In this document: piece after piece, positions 48,511-57,786 of the stretch
How the letters are laid out: each line of letters starts with the position of its first letter
Numbering within the stretch: position 1 is the stretch's first letter
Source of the DNA: a bacterium
Lineage (GTDB): Bacteria; JADJOY01
DNA length: 64,000 bases
NCBI GenBank assembly: GCA_046331705.1
Contig: JAXLQJ010000010.1
Span: 1-64,000, forward strand
Direction of reading: 5' to 3'
The notes under the pieces: model-generated
Database searches by the model: none
The model's input: only the letters and a program-made list of their open reading frames with translations
Told to the model about the DNA's origin: nothing
Translations under genes and position numbers: made by a program

Positions 48511-49345
48511 ATGATTCTGTCGCACCTTGAGGTTGAGGCTCTCTCGCCTGACGCCCTGGAGCGAGCCTTCGATGATCGGGTCGCTCGCGTCCTGAGTCGC
48601 TCGCTCGCAGCGGTCTTTGTCGCCGCCGACGTTGGAACCCAAACCTGACCTTCGCTGGAAGCGCGACCTCGTCGTACTCTAACCGCGTGTTCTTGCTGAC
48701 GGCGGAGCATCTGCTCTCAGAATTCGCGCACTGGGGTCGGCTCGGCTTTGCGACACCATACAATCAAACCGTGAGGCTCTATCAACGCGACTCTCTCCAC
48801 ATTTGGGCATTGCTTCGTGGACCAGACCCCGCACGCGGCCCTGACGTCGCAATGGTAGAGATTCCCGGAACCTGACGCGAGTGCCGTCAAACTCGAGAGC
48901 GTTGTGTACTCGCTCGACCTGCGCGAAGGCGAGGCCCCCGCCCAGGCGCCGAGACCTGATGCTGACCATTGGATGGTGGTTTGCCGCGCAGCCGAACGAC
49001 ACGAATTCGCCTCGACCACCGGCAGAATCACCAGCAGCGTTCTGCGGTGACCGTGTCCCGCTGTATTCGAAGCACGACGGATTGACTACGTCCGCATTGA
49101 ATTCAATCGTTCGACCCAGACGCACCTTCCACGCGACTTCAAGGGCGTGAGCGGTGGCGCACTTTGGAGAATGCAAATCCGCAAGGATCCGGAGAGTTGC
49201 AATCGTGGTGGGACGAATCGCGACGCTTGAAGGGGTTGCATTCTATCAGAGCGATATCGTTAACGATTCAGATTTCATTATCTGTCACGGCAGACATACA
49301 CTATACAATCGGCTTCTACCGTTTGTATCAGCTAGTTCCTTCTAA
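48511..49345 (+). pseudogene. Fragmented trypsin-like serine protease (cassette-like, AT-richer)
   Basis: FLLTAEH (~48690-48710), GPDVAMVEI (~48840), DFKGVSGGALW (~49135-49167) and LEGVAFYQ lie in several frames separated by stops. Confidence 0.6.
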
Positions 49346-49359
49346 CGACACCCGGAAGC

Positions 49360-49740
49360 ATGCGCGTCAAAGTTCGGCTCACGAGTCTCACAGGATGGCA
49401 ACGCATCTATGTGGTTCTGTCCGCGGTTTGGCTCATTTTTGTGTCTGGTCAAGTCGTCAGCGAGCTGACTACTTCATCCTTTGCGCGTGATTTCCATGAT
49501 GGATGCGATTCTCAGAGCCATCTCTACTTCCGTTGGTTCGATTCAAAGACACATCGTCGGCTCAGCCTTTGGCGGGATGGCGAATTTTCAGTCAATTGCG
49601 CGGTCCTGCAACAGCGTGCCGATCAGATGACCAGCGAGGCCCGCGCCGGGACGATCGAGCCCTACATGAAACTTCGGGGTGATGTGCTTATCCTAGCCTT
49701 GATCGTGCCGGCTATGGTTCTGCTGCTGGTTATTGCCTGA
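49360..49740 (+). CDS. Hypothetical two-TM membrane protein (AT-richer, possibly truncated)
   Basis: GWQRIYVVLSAVWLIFV and a C-terminal hydrophobic helix ending abruptly. Confidence 0.55.
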   Translation: MRVKVRLTSLTGWQRIYVVLSAVWLIFVSGQVVSELTTSSFARDFHDGCDSQSHLYFRWFDSKTHRRLSLWRDGEFSVNCAVLQQRADQMTSEARAGTIEPYMKLRGDVLILALIVPAMVLLLVIA

Positions 49741-49835
49741 ATTCCATCTTCAAATGGATCATAATCGGATTTCGGCAGTCCAAGGGTAAATAGCTCATTG
49801 TCAGAAGGTGCAACCGGAGCAGAGGCGCTCCAACT

Positions 49836-50778
49836 CCCTATAAGGCCCCCGTCCGTCAAGTGTGAACCTCTCCTGTGCGACGTGTTTCTCGTCGTTGATC
49901 CCATCCTCGAGTCGTGGCCTTGCGCTTGACGGACTCTGACTTCGTTTCCGGTACGGCGCGGGCGCTCACGACGGTGGCGCTGCACCAAACGCCTATCGAG
50001 GCTCAGCCGCCTTGCGGCGGTGCCGCGCAGAGAGGACGCGCCGACCTAGAAAACCATTTCGTGTCCTTTCCCGTCCCATTCAAAGCGTCAGGCTCGAAGT
50101 CCGTTGGTTGCGGGCTCGGAGAGGAGCAGAGCCAGCGAAAGACCATCGTCTCGAGTACCTACGGAAGAGCGGGGCAAGCGCGGGTGGCCAGTCAAAACGA
50201 ACGGTTGTCCGGGCACGTGGCTCATGACGTCCGAGTCCTGCTCGAGGCAGACGATTCGTGGAGCGTCGTTGCTGGAGCTCGACCCTTGTGGATTCCAGTT
50301 CGACATCGGGCTCACCCGCGCTTCCCCAAGATCGTTACGTTTTCATGAAACGCTCCCGGTTGAAGGGTTCACCGCGGGTGAGCATGGGGTAGCTCGCGCG
50401 GGCGAGACGATGAGCGAGGATCGACATCGCCTTGCCCTTGCCGTGCTTCCGCGCGAGACGCTCCCGCAGTCGTTGCCCCTCGGGGTTGCCGTGCAGGAAG
50501 AGCGCTGCGGCTTCCGAGTAGGCCCACTTGAGGTGAACGTTCCCGATCTTGGCGCCGCCGGTGCCGTGGATCTTGCCCGCGGACTCACGGCTGCACTTCA
50601 CCAGCCGGCAGTACGACGCGAAATCCTGCACGCGCGGGAAGCGCTGGATCGTGTGGACCTCGTAGAGGATCGTGAGCGCGAGAATCTTGCCGACACCCGG
50701 GATCGAGCGCAGCAGATGGAAAGCGTTTGGGTCGTGCTCCTTCGCTTGCCGCACCAGGTAGAGCTCGAGGTCGGTGAT
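49836..50778 (-). mobile_element. IS110-family remnant: transposase C-terminus plus long 3' non-coding end
   Basis: Transposase fragment followed by ~490 nt without a credible ORF, ending in CTTGACGGACGGGGGCCTTATAGGG, where composition shifts to AT-richer. Ends approximate. Confidence 0.75.
50335..50778 (-). pseudogene. IS110-family transposase C-terminal (Tnp) domain, RuvC domain missing
   Basis: LLRSIPGVGKILALTILYE, RF....DFASYCRL, ESAGK, GNVHLKWAYSEAA, ILAHRLAR. Confidence 0.88.
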
Positions 50779-50803
50779 GCGCTCGCCGAGGATCCGAGGG
50801 CGA

Positions 50804-50898
50804 ATCCGACTCGAGGTTGCAGCAGACGGCACTCGGGGTGCGCGCGGCTGGGGTTCGTGGTAATTCGTGGCCGCTGCTGAGCGCTTTGCAGGTCGCGA
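50804..50898 (+). repeat. Degenerate attC-like site
   Basis: ATCCGAC-tcgaggtt-GCAGCAGACGGC ... GCCGCTGCTGA-gcgctttgcag-GTCGCGA, an attC-like L''/L' arrangement. Confidence 0.5.
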
Positions 50899-50941
50899 CG
50901 ATGCCTCACGATCGCCCTCGATCTCCAAGAGAACGAGCACC

Positions 50942-51283
50942 ATGGCCAAGTACCTGATCTCCTTCCCGAGCGCGGCGATGGTGGTGCCCACCAGCGAGTG
51001 GGAGGCGGTGGGCCGCGACGCGCACGCCGTGGTCGACGAGGCGAAGGCCGCTGGCGTCTACGTCTTCGGCGGCGGCATCGACGAAGGCGTTCCGCCCGTG
51101 CTCGTCTCGGCCGACGGCACGGTCGTCGAGGGTGGCTACCCGTGGGCGCCTCGGCTCGACGGCGGATTCACCGTGCTCGAGCTACCTTCGCGCGAGCAGG
51201 CCGTGGCGTGGGCCGCGCGCATCGCGAAGGCCTGCCGCTGCGCCCAGGAGTTGCGCGTCTTTCAGTTCGACCCACAGTCCTGA
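50942..51283 (+). CDS. YciI-family (DGPF-like) protein
   Basis: MAKYLISF, EAKAAGVYVFGGG, GGFTVLELPSREQAVAWAARIAKACRCAQELRVF. Confidence 0.85.
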   Translation: MAKYLISFPSAAMVVPTSEWEAVGRDAHAVVDEAKAAGVYVFGGGIDEGVPPVLVSADGTVVEGGYPWAPRLDGGFTVLELPSREQAVAWAARIAKACRCAQELRVFQFDPQS

Positions 51284-51423
51284 TGGCGGTGCGTGCTCAG
51301 GCATTGCACTGGCTTCCGCCATCACGGCGAGTGTCGTGCTGGCGCTCGGGCCGATCGAGGTCGTGAGCTTCTGTTTGGAGACGATCGAGGCCGGCGTCTG
51401 CGGTGGCGCGGGCGGCGCGTGCG

Positions 51424-52419
51424 TTACGCGGGCGGGATCGCGTCGACGAAGCAGTCCTCCGGCTTGGGCGCCCTGGCGCGGTCGACGAGGCCGAGCTCGA
51501 CGAGCTGATCGACCACGGTCTTCCAGCGGTCGAGTGTCATGCGCCCCAGTCCGGCAGAGCCTTGCGGCCCGAGCACCAGCGGTTCCTGTGCTTTCGCTGA
51601 ATCGCGGAAGGTATCCAGATCCATCGTGCTGTTGAGCGCGTGCATGCGTTCATTGGTCGGGCCGGGATCGGCGAGGTAGCGGGTCCAGCCGTCACGCGCG
51701 GCTGCGACGAAGGCACGTGCTTCTTTCGGATTCTCGCGCCAGCGCTTGCCGCTGGTGATCACCACGGTCATGTACGGGTTGAGACCGACGTCGGACAGCA
51801 ACCAGACCTGCGGATCGGCGCCGCGGCGGCGAGCCAGGATGGGTTCGGAGGTGGCGAAGGCCTGCATGGCGAAGCTCTTCTCGGTGAGGAAGCGCTCCAT
51901 CGCGCCGGCCATGGGTACGATCGAGACCTTGCCGCCGCCGTAGCGCCGCTCGAGGTACTTGGTGAAGACGCTGCCGGGCTCGACGGCGAGGCTCGCGGGA
52001 TGGTTGAAGAGCTCCGCCAGGCTCGTGGCGCCGATCTCCTTGCGCGCCATGATCGCCCGCGGCGAGGTCTGGTAGACGGCGAAGAGACCCACGATGTCGA
52101 GGCCCGCCGCCCGTCCCAGCGCGATTTCCGTGGCTTCCGCGACGCTGTACTCGAGGCGTCCCAGCGCCACCTCCTGGACCGTGGGCACGCCGGGTCCGCC
52201 GGGGCGAATCGCCACGTCGAGGCCGTGCGCTGCGTAGAGCTTCTCGATCTCGGCGGTGTAGAAGCCGCCGAACTCGGGCTCCGGCACCCAGTTGAGGCCG
52301 AGGGTGATGCGACCGCGGGCCGCGTCCGCGGCACGCGCGCTCGGCGCCGCGGTTACCGCGAGTGCGGCCGACAGCGATGCGATGAGCGCGAGGATGCGTG
52401 ACGATCGCAAGGTGTGCAT
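51424..52419 (-). CDS. ABC transporter substrate-binding protein, NMT1/THI5-like
   Basis: Signal peptide, LNWVPEPEFGGFY, GLDVAIRPGGP, GLNPY. Confidence 0.88.
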   Translation of the reverse strand: MHTLRSSRILALIASLSAALAVTAAPSARAADAARGRITLGLNWVPEPEFGGFYTAEIEKLYAAHGLDVAIRPGGPGVPTVQEVALGRLEYSVAEATEIALGRAAGLDIVGLFAVYQTSPRAIMARKEIGATSLAELFNHPASLAVEPGSVFTKYLERRYGGGKVSIVPMAGAMERFLTEKSFAMQAFATSEPILARRRGADPQVWLLSDVGLNPYMTVVITSGKRWRENPKEARAFVAAARDGWTRYLADPGPTNERMHALNSTMDLDTFRDSAKAQEPLVLGPQGSAGLGRMTLDRWKTVVDQLVELGLVDRARAPKPEDCFVDAIPPA

Positions 52420-52525
52420 GAGCGTCCCCCTGGGAGTTCGAGCGGCGAGAGCGGCGAGGCTACAGCCACGGACTCGCGGCCGCTACCTCGTGCGACCACC
52501 GCGCCACCGCCACGCGTCTCGCGGC

Positions 52526-53323
52526 TCAGCGTCCCGGAACTTGCGACGCGTGCCAGCGGCGCAACGCGAGCCAGCCGGCAGCGTTCACGAGCCCGAACAT
52601 GGCCAGTCCCAGCAAGCACGCCAGCAGCACGGACGCATAAACGCGTGCGGTCTGAAAGAGCCTGAGCCCCTCGGCCATCGAGAGCCCGAGTCCGCCGCCG
52701 CTCCAATGGGTGGCGCCCGCCACGAAGTCGCCCACGATCGCTCCGATCACCGCGAGGCCGGCGGCCACACGGAGGCCCGTGAAGACATCGGGCAGCGCCG
52801 CCGGCAGCCGCAGCCGCGCGAACGTGAACACGCGCCCGGCGCCGTAGAGCCGGAAGAGATCGAGCAGCGCCGGCTCGGTCGAGAGCAGCCCGTTCAGCGT
52901 GTTCGCGATCACCGGGAACACCGACACGATGAACGCGGACGCCGCGACCGGCTTCAGCCCGGCTCCCAGGATCACCACCAGGATCGGTGCCAGCGCCACG
53001 ATCGGCACGGTCTGGAAGAAGATCATGTACGGATAGAACGCACGGCGCACCCACGGCAGCGTGGCGAGACCGATCGCTGCGGTGACGCCGAGCGCGATGC
53101 TCGCCGCGAATCCGAGCAGCGCGGCGAGCCCCGTCATGCCGGCGCGCGCCACCAGCTCGTTGCGCGCGAGCCAGCATTCGCGCAGCACCGCGCTCGGCAA
53201 CGGCAAGAGCATGCGGTGCGCCGCGTCGAGGGGCAGCTCCCGGAGCGCGAGCTCGGAGAGGCCCCCGACCGCGAGCAAGAGCAGCGTCGGCGGCAGCAAC
53301 GCGGCGAGGGTGCGGCGATTCAC
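52526..53323 (-). CDS. ABC transporter permease (NitT/TauT family)
   Basis: GTG start overlapping the ATPase stop. QTVPIVALAP, FPVIANT, LRLPAALP, GAIVGDF. Confidence 0.9.
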   Translation of the reverse strand: MNRRTLAALLPPTLLLLAVGGLSELALRELPLDAAHRMLLPLPSAVLRECWLARNELVARAGMTGLAALLGFAASIALGVTAAIGLATLPWVRRAFYPYMIFFQTVPIVALAPILVVILGAGLKPVAASAFIVSVFPVIANTLNGLLSTEPALLDLFRLYGAGRVFTFARLRLPAALPDVFTGLRVAAGLAVIGAIVGDFVAGATHWSGGGLGLSMAEGLRLFQTARVYASVLLACLLGLAMFGLVNAAGWLALRRWHASQVPGR

Positions 53324-54144
53324 GAGCGCGCCCCCGCGACCGAGCCGCGCGAGAGCGCTGCCTGCACGCGCCCCACGAGCTCGGCGTAGCGCGCATCCGA
53401 GCGCAGCGCGGCCTCGCGCCGCGCGGGTAGATCCATCACCCAGTCCTCGACGAGACGGGCGGGCCGGGCGCTCAGCACCACCACGCGCCGTGCGAGGTAG
53501 ACCGCCTCGGCGACCGAGTGGGTCACGAAGACGAGCGTCAGCGGCGAGCGCTCCCAGAGCTCGCGCAGCTGCTGGTCGAGCCCGTGGCGCGTGATCTCGT
53601 CGACGGCGGCGAAGGGTTCGTCCATGAGCAGCAAGCGCGGTTTGGCGACGAGGGCGCGGGCGATGGAGGCGCGCATCCGCATGCCGCCCGAGAGCTGGCT
53701 CGGGAAGACGCGGCCTTCGCCGGCGAGCCCGACCGATTCGAGCGCCGCCTCGGCGGCTGCGCGGCGCTCGCCACGCGGCACGCCGGCGATCTCGAGCGGC
53801 AGCGCCACGTTGTCCGCGATGGTACGCCACGGCATGAGCGTGGCGTCCTGGAACACGTATCCGATCGAGCCTGGGTGGCGTGCGCCCTCGTTGCCGACTC
53901 GAACCGTGCCCGCGCTCGGCGCGTCGAGGCCCGCGATGAGCCTGAGCAGCGTCGATTTCCCGCAGCCGGACGGACCCACCAGCGCCACGAAATCGCCTGC
54001 TTCGAACGTCGCATCGAAGCGCTCGACGGCGACCCGCGGCGAGCCGCCGGGGCCCTCCGCGTAGACCCGGCGGACCGCTTGCAGCTCGACGCGTACTCCT
54101 GGCGGGGAGTCGCTGGGCGGGTGCGCGAGCGTCGCGGTGCTCAT
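53320..54144 (-). CDS. ABC transporter ATP-binding protein (NitT/TauT family)
   Basis: GPSGCGKST, LSGGM, LLMDEPF, FVTHS. Confidence 0.93.
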   Translation of the reverse strand: MSTATLAHPPSDSPPGVRVELQAVRRVYAEGPGGSPRVAVERFDATFEAGDFVALVGPSGCGKSTLLRLIAGLDAPSAGTVRVGNEGARHPGSIGYVFQDATLMPWRTIADNVALPLEIAGVPRGERRAAAEAALESVGLAGEGRVFPSQLSGGMRMRASIARALVAKPRLLLMDEPFAAVDEITRHGLDQQLRELWERSPLTLVFVTHSVAEAVYLARRVVVLSARPARLVEDWVMDLPARREAALRSDARYAELVGRVQAALSRGSVAGARS

Positions 54145-54254
54145 GGGGTGGTTCGACGGCGCGAGCCGGCTCGCGCGCGAACTCGAGCCCGATCTCGGTT
54201 CGCGTCTCGGCGCAAGCTATCGCCGCCGGAATGCGAAAGATAGAATGCGCCGCC

Positions 54255-54830
54255 ATGAATCCGGAACGCGCCCGACGCGCGCTGAGCGAGTTCATCGCGG
54301 CGCTCGAGCTGCCCGCCGGCGAGGTCGACGCCGAGCGCAGCGCGGATTCGATGGTGCGCGCGTTCCAGGACGATTTCCTGCGCGGCTACGCGAGCGACCC
54401 GGGCGACTGTCTCGCCGTCGAGTTCGAAGGTGTCGGCGACGACCTGGTGGTGGTCCGCGACATCCCGTTCGTCTCGATGTGCTCGCACCACCTGCTGCCG
54501 TTCCTCGGCCGCGCCCACGTCGGCTACCTGCCGAACGGCAAGCTCACGGGCCTCTCGTCGATCGCACGGCTCGTGGACGGCTACGCGTGCCGCTTGCAGA
54601 GCCAGGAGCGCCTGGCGCGCTCGGTGGCGCAAGCGCTCGTCGATCGGCTGGGCGCGCGCGGCGCGGCCTGCCGGATCGAGGCGACTCAGCTCTGCGTCGT
54701 GGGGCGCGCGACTCGCAAGCCCGGCATCCGGACCGTGAGCGAGTGCTTGCTGGGCGTCTTCGAGAGCGACGCCGGCGAGCGGCGCCGGTTCCTCGATCTC
54801 GTGGGCGCGGCCGGGTCGTCGGCAGCGTGA
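54255..54830 (+). CDS. folE: GTP cyclohydrolase I (divergent)
   Basis: SMCSHHLLPFLG.AHVGYLP, GLS.IARLVD, RLQSQERL, second Cys in QLCV. Confidence 0.88.
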   Translation: MNPERARRALSEFIAALELPAGEVDAERSADSMVRAFQDDFLRGYASDPGDCLAVEFEGVGDDLVVVRDIPFVSMCSHHLLPFLGRAHVGYLPNGKLTGLSSIARLVDGYACRLQSQERLARSVAQALVDRLGARGAACRIEATQLCVVGRATRKPGIRTVSECLLGVFESDAGERRRFLDLVGAAGSSAA

Positions 54831-54840
54831 GGCGCCGCGC

Positions 54841-55584
54841 ATGGCGGTGAGCTGGAAGCACTCGCTCGATGGTCAGGTGGCGCTCGTCACGGGCGCCGGG
54901 CGAGGGATCGGTCGCGCGATCGCGGAGGAGCTGGCGGGGCGCGGCGCGCACGTCGCGTGCTGCGCGCGCACGCAACGCCAGCTCGACGAGACGGTGGAGT
55001 CGATCCGCGGGCTGGGCGGGCTCGCGTCGAGCCACGTCCTCGACGTCCGCAGCGAGGACGACATCGCGGCGGTCGTGGGCCGGATCGTGGACGACACGGG
55101 TGGACTCGACATCCTCGTCAACAACGCCGGAACCAACCGCCTCGAGCGCATCGAGCGGCTCGACCTCGGTGCCTGGAACGACGTCCTCGCGACCAACCTC
55201 TCGGGCCCCTTCCTGCTCGCGCGCACCGCGCTGCCGCACCTCGCGGAGCGCTCGGGCGCGATCGTGAACGTGTCGAGCGTGGGCGGACGGCCCGGGGTCG
55301 AGAAGTTCGAGGGGATGGCGGCCTACGTCGCGTCCAAGTACGGATTGCTCGGCTTCACCGAGGTGCTGGCGCTCGAGGCGCGTCGCAAGGACGTGCGCGT
55401 CTACGCCGTGTGCCCTGGCTCGGTGGCGACGCAGATGCTCGCCGAGACGATCCCCGACGTGGCCGAGGTGCTCCATCCCGAGGACGTCGCGCGCGCGGTG
55501 GCGTGGCTGGTGACCGGGAGCCCCTTGGTCGCGAGCGGTACGGTCGTCGACCTCAGCCCGGCGCGCGGCAAGCGCCGCGGCTGA
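54841..55584 (+). CDS. Short-chain dehydrogenase/reductase
   Basis: TGAGRGIG, NNAG, YVASK, CPGSVAT. 10 bp after folE. Confidence 0.9.
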   Translation: MAVSWKHSLDGQVALVTGAGRGIGRAIAEELAGRGAHVACCARTQRQLDETVESIRGLGGLASSHVLDVRSEDDIAAVVGRIVDDTGGLDILVNNAGTNRLERIERLDLGAWNDVLATNLSGPFLLARTALPHLAERSGAIVNVSSVGGRPGVEKFEGMAAYVASKYGLLGFTEVLALEARRKDVRVYAVCPGSVATQMLAETIPDVAEVLHPEDVARAVAWLVTGSPLVASGTVVDLSPARGKRRG

Positions 55585-55608
55585 CACCGTCCCGCGGACG
55601 CGCTCGCG

Positions 55609-56910
55609 TCAGCGTGTGTCCAACGAGAGCTGCAGCCGCGCTCGAAGCCGCGCTCCGCGCAAGGCGTCGCCGACTCGTGTCGCGAGGCGGGCGTGGCCGA
55701 GCACGTTGGGATGCACCACGTCCACCGTGAAGCAGGCGCGGATCGTCCCGAGGCAACGCAGCTCCGCCGCGAGGTCCACGAGCTCCGCACCCGTGGTGCG
55801 AGCGGCGGCGCGGATTGCATCGTTGCGCGCGGCGACGTCCTGCGCCTCGGGTCCGAGGAGGGCCACGGGATACGTGGTCACGAGGACCGGCCGTCCCGTC
55901 GAGGCGAGCGCGCGCACGATCCGCGCGTAACGCTCCGACAACCCGTCGCCGGTGGCCGGATCGACGAGGCGCTCGCGGACACCGGCGTACACCAGGAAGG
56001 CATCGGGTCGATGATGCAGCGCCCGCGCCGCCTGCGCGGCGAGATCGTCGAGCTCGGCGGACGGGAACGCGCAGTTGATCACCCGGACGCCGGCCCAGCG
56101 CGCGGCCGTGTCCCCGAGTCGTGCGGTGTCTCGTTCCAGCCGTCTGCCGAACGTCGCGCGATCGGGTACCACGAATCCGTAGGGCGACGAATCGCCGAGG
56201 ATGGCGAGTCGTAGCGGAGCGCCACTCGTTCCCGGAGCGGACGAGTCGCGCGCGTCCCGTGCGTCGCGCCCGGCGGCCATGCCGTCGACGTCACTCACCC
56301 GGCATTCGTGCGAGGCGTGCTGGGTGACCGCCACCGTGACGCACCACACCAGCGCCGCTGCGAGCAGCGCCTGTCTCGCCGGTGCGACGAGTCTCGTTTC
56401 ATCCGCCTCGCCGAGCGCGCCGCCCGGCTTGGCGCGTGCGATGCGCCAGCCCAGCGGTGCGTGATAGCCGACGGCCAGCAGGAAGAGCGGCACGATCGCG
56501 ACGGCGCTCACGAACGCGCACAGGAAGGCGAATGCGGGTATCCAGAGCGCGACCTGCACGCGCTCGCGGCGCGGATCGGCGCCGAGCCGAGCGACTCGGG
56601 TGGCGACGAGCCAGCGCAGCGTGGCTACGTCGGCCGTCGCCACGGCGACGTACGCGCCGAGGGCTCCGAGCGGGTTGCCGCGCGCCGCCGCCGCCACCAG
56701 CAACCCGCCCGCGACGAGGAGCGCGGTCGTCCGCGGCCCGCGCGGGATCGCGCGCGCCCAGGCATCGAGCGCGACGACGAGAAGGCATGCCGCCGAGGCC
56801 GGCGACACGGTGAGCAAGTACGCGCACCCGGCCGCCGCGAACGCGTGCGCGGACGCCATCGCGACGACCGCGAGCGTTCCCTCGCACGCGGCGCGGAATC
56901 GGCCCGGCAT
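55609..56910 (-). CDS. Membrane protein with C-terminal SGNH/GDSL hydrolase domain
   Basis: About 7 TMs, then ILGDSSPYG and VDVVHPN..GH. Confidence 0.72.
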   Translation of the reverse strand: MPGRFRAACEGTLAVVAMASAHAFAAAGCAYLLTVSPASAACLLVVALDAWARAIPRGPRTTALLVAGGLLVAAAARGNPLGALGAYVAVATADVATLRWLVATRVARLGADPRRERVQVALWIPAFAFLCAFVSAVAIVPLFLLAVGYHAPLGWRIARAKPGGALGEADETRLVAPARQALLAAALVWCVTVAVTQHASHECRVSDVDGMAAGRDARDARDSSAPGTSGAPLRLAILGDSSPYGFVVPDRATFGRRLERDTARLGDTAARWAGVRVINCAFPSAELDDLAAQAARALHHRPDAFLVYAGVRERLVDPATGDGLSERYARIVRALASTGRPVLVTTYPVALLGPEAQDVAARNDAIRAAARTTGAELVDLAAELRCLGTIRACFTVDVVHPNVLGHARLATRVGDALRGARLRARLQLSLDTR

Positions 56911-56986
56911 GGGTGCTCGCCGCGTGCGGCGGTGGGCCGAGGGTGGGCTCAGCGGAGAGCCAATCGCCCCCGCGGCGCTCCGGCGA

Positions 56987-57658
56987 TCACCTCAGGATCG
57001 CGTAGCTGTCCGCGTAGATGAGCACGGTCGAGATCCACAGCCCCCAGATCGGGAAGACGAACCAGAGTCCGTTCGACGCGCCGACGAACGAGGCGATCAT
57101 GGCCGGCGAATGGCCGACGTGGTTCCGGTTGTTGAAGAACTGGAAGAAGTAGACGACCGTGCCGTAGAACATCTGCCAGTACATCGCGATACCGATGATG
57201 CCGAGAACGCGCGCCGGCACCAGCTCGAAAGTCATGCCGATCACGGTGAGCGCGGCGGGCAGCACGGTGGACCAGGCGTTGCCCACGTCGATGTTCCAAC
57301 CGAAGGCGCGCCGGTCGGCATAACCGCGATCGAAGAGCGCATAGCTCGACCAGATCCCCGTCCAGCGCCGGAAGCTCAGCAGCTCGCGGAACGGGATTCG
57401 CGCCAGCATGACCTCGTTGACGCGGGCGGTCTCGCGGCCTTTGTACGGCTCGCGCGTCTCCTCCCATTCGCGCCGGATCTGGTCCGCGCACTTGTGGAGC
57501 GCGAACTCCCAGAAGTTCACCAGCAGGTTGATGACCAGGAAGAACGCCAGCGCCGCCTGGTGAACGTTCACGCCGCCGTGAACGAGCGCGTGCAAGCCGA
57601 TGTGGGCGGCGGATCCGCCCACGATCACGAACAGGATGAAAGACCAAGCTGGAACCAT
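56987..57658 (-). CDS. EXPERA/emopamil-binding-like membrane protein
   Basis: W..Y...D..Y and NGLWFVFP motifs, five TMs. Confidence 0.6.
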   Translation of the reverse strand: MVPAWSFILFVIVGGSAAHIGLHALVHGGVNVHQAALAFFLVINLLVNFWEFALHKCADQIRREWEETREPYKGRETARVNEVMLARIPFRELLSFRRWTGIWSSYALFDRGYADRRAFGWNIDVGNAWSTVLPAALTVIGMTFELVPARVLGIIGIAMYWQMFYGTVVYFFQFFNNRNHVGHSPAMIASFVGASNGLWFVFPIWGLWISTVLIYADSYAILR

Positions 57659-57786
57659 GCGTGCGCTCCGTCGGGGCCGAGCGGTGCCGCTGCCGGCGGC
57701 ACACCCCGCGAACGAGATCGAGCGCTATCGCATAGCACGCGCGCGGCGCGCGCAGAACCGGGACGCGAGCGAGCGGCTCGCGGCGC

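Noticed and set aside
50779-50991. N-terminal part of the 218-aa IS110 ORF
   Set aside because: It reads antisense through the attC-like site and the yciI start, and has no RuvC (DEDD) motifs.
54145-54254. TPP riboswitch for the THI5-like ABC operon
   Set aside because: No CTGAGA / CCTGA..GGATAA-type core was seen.
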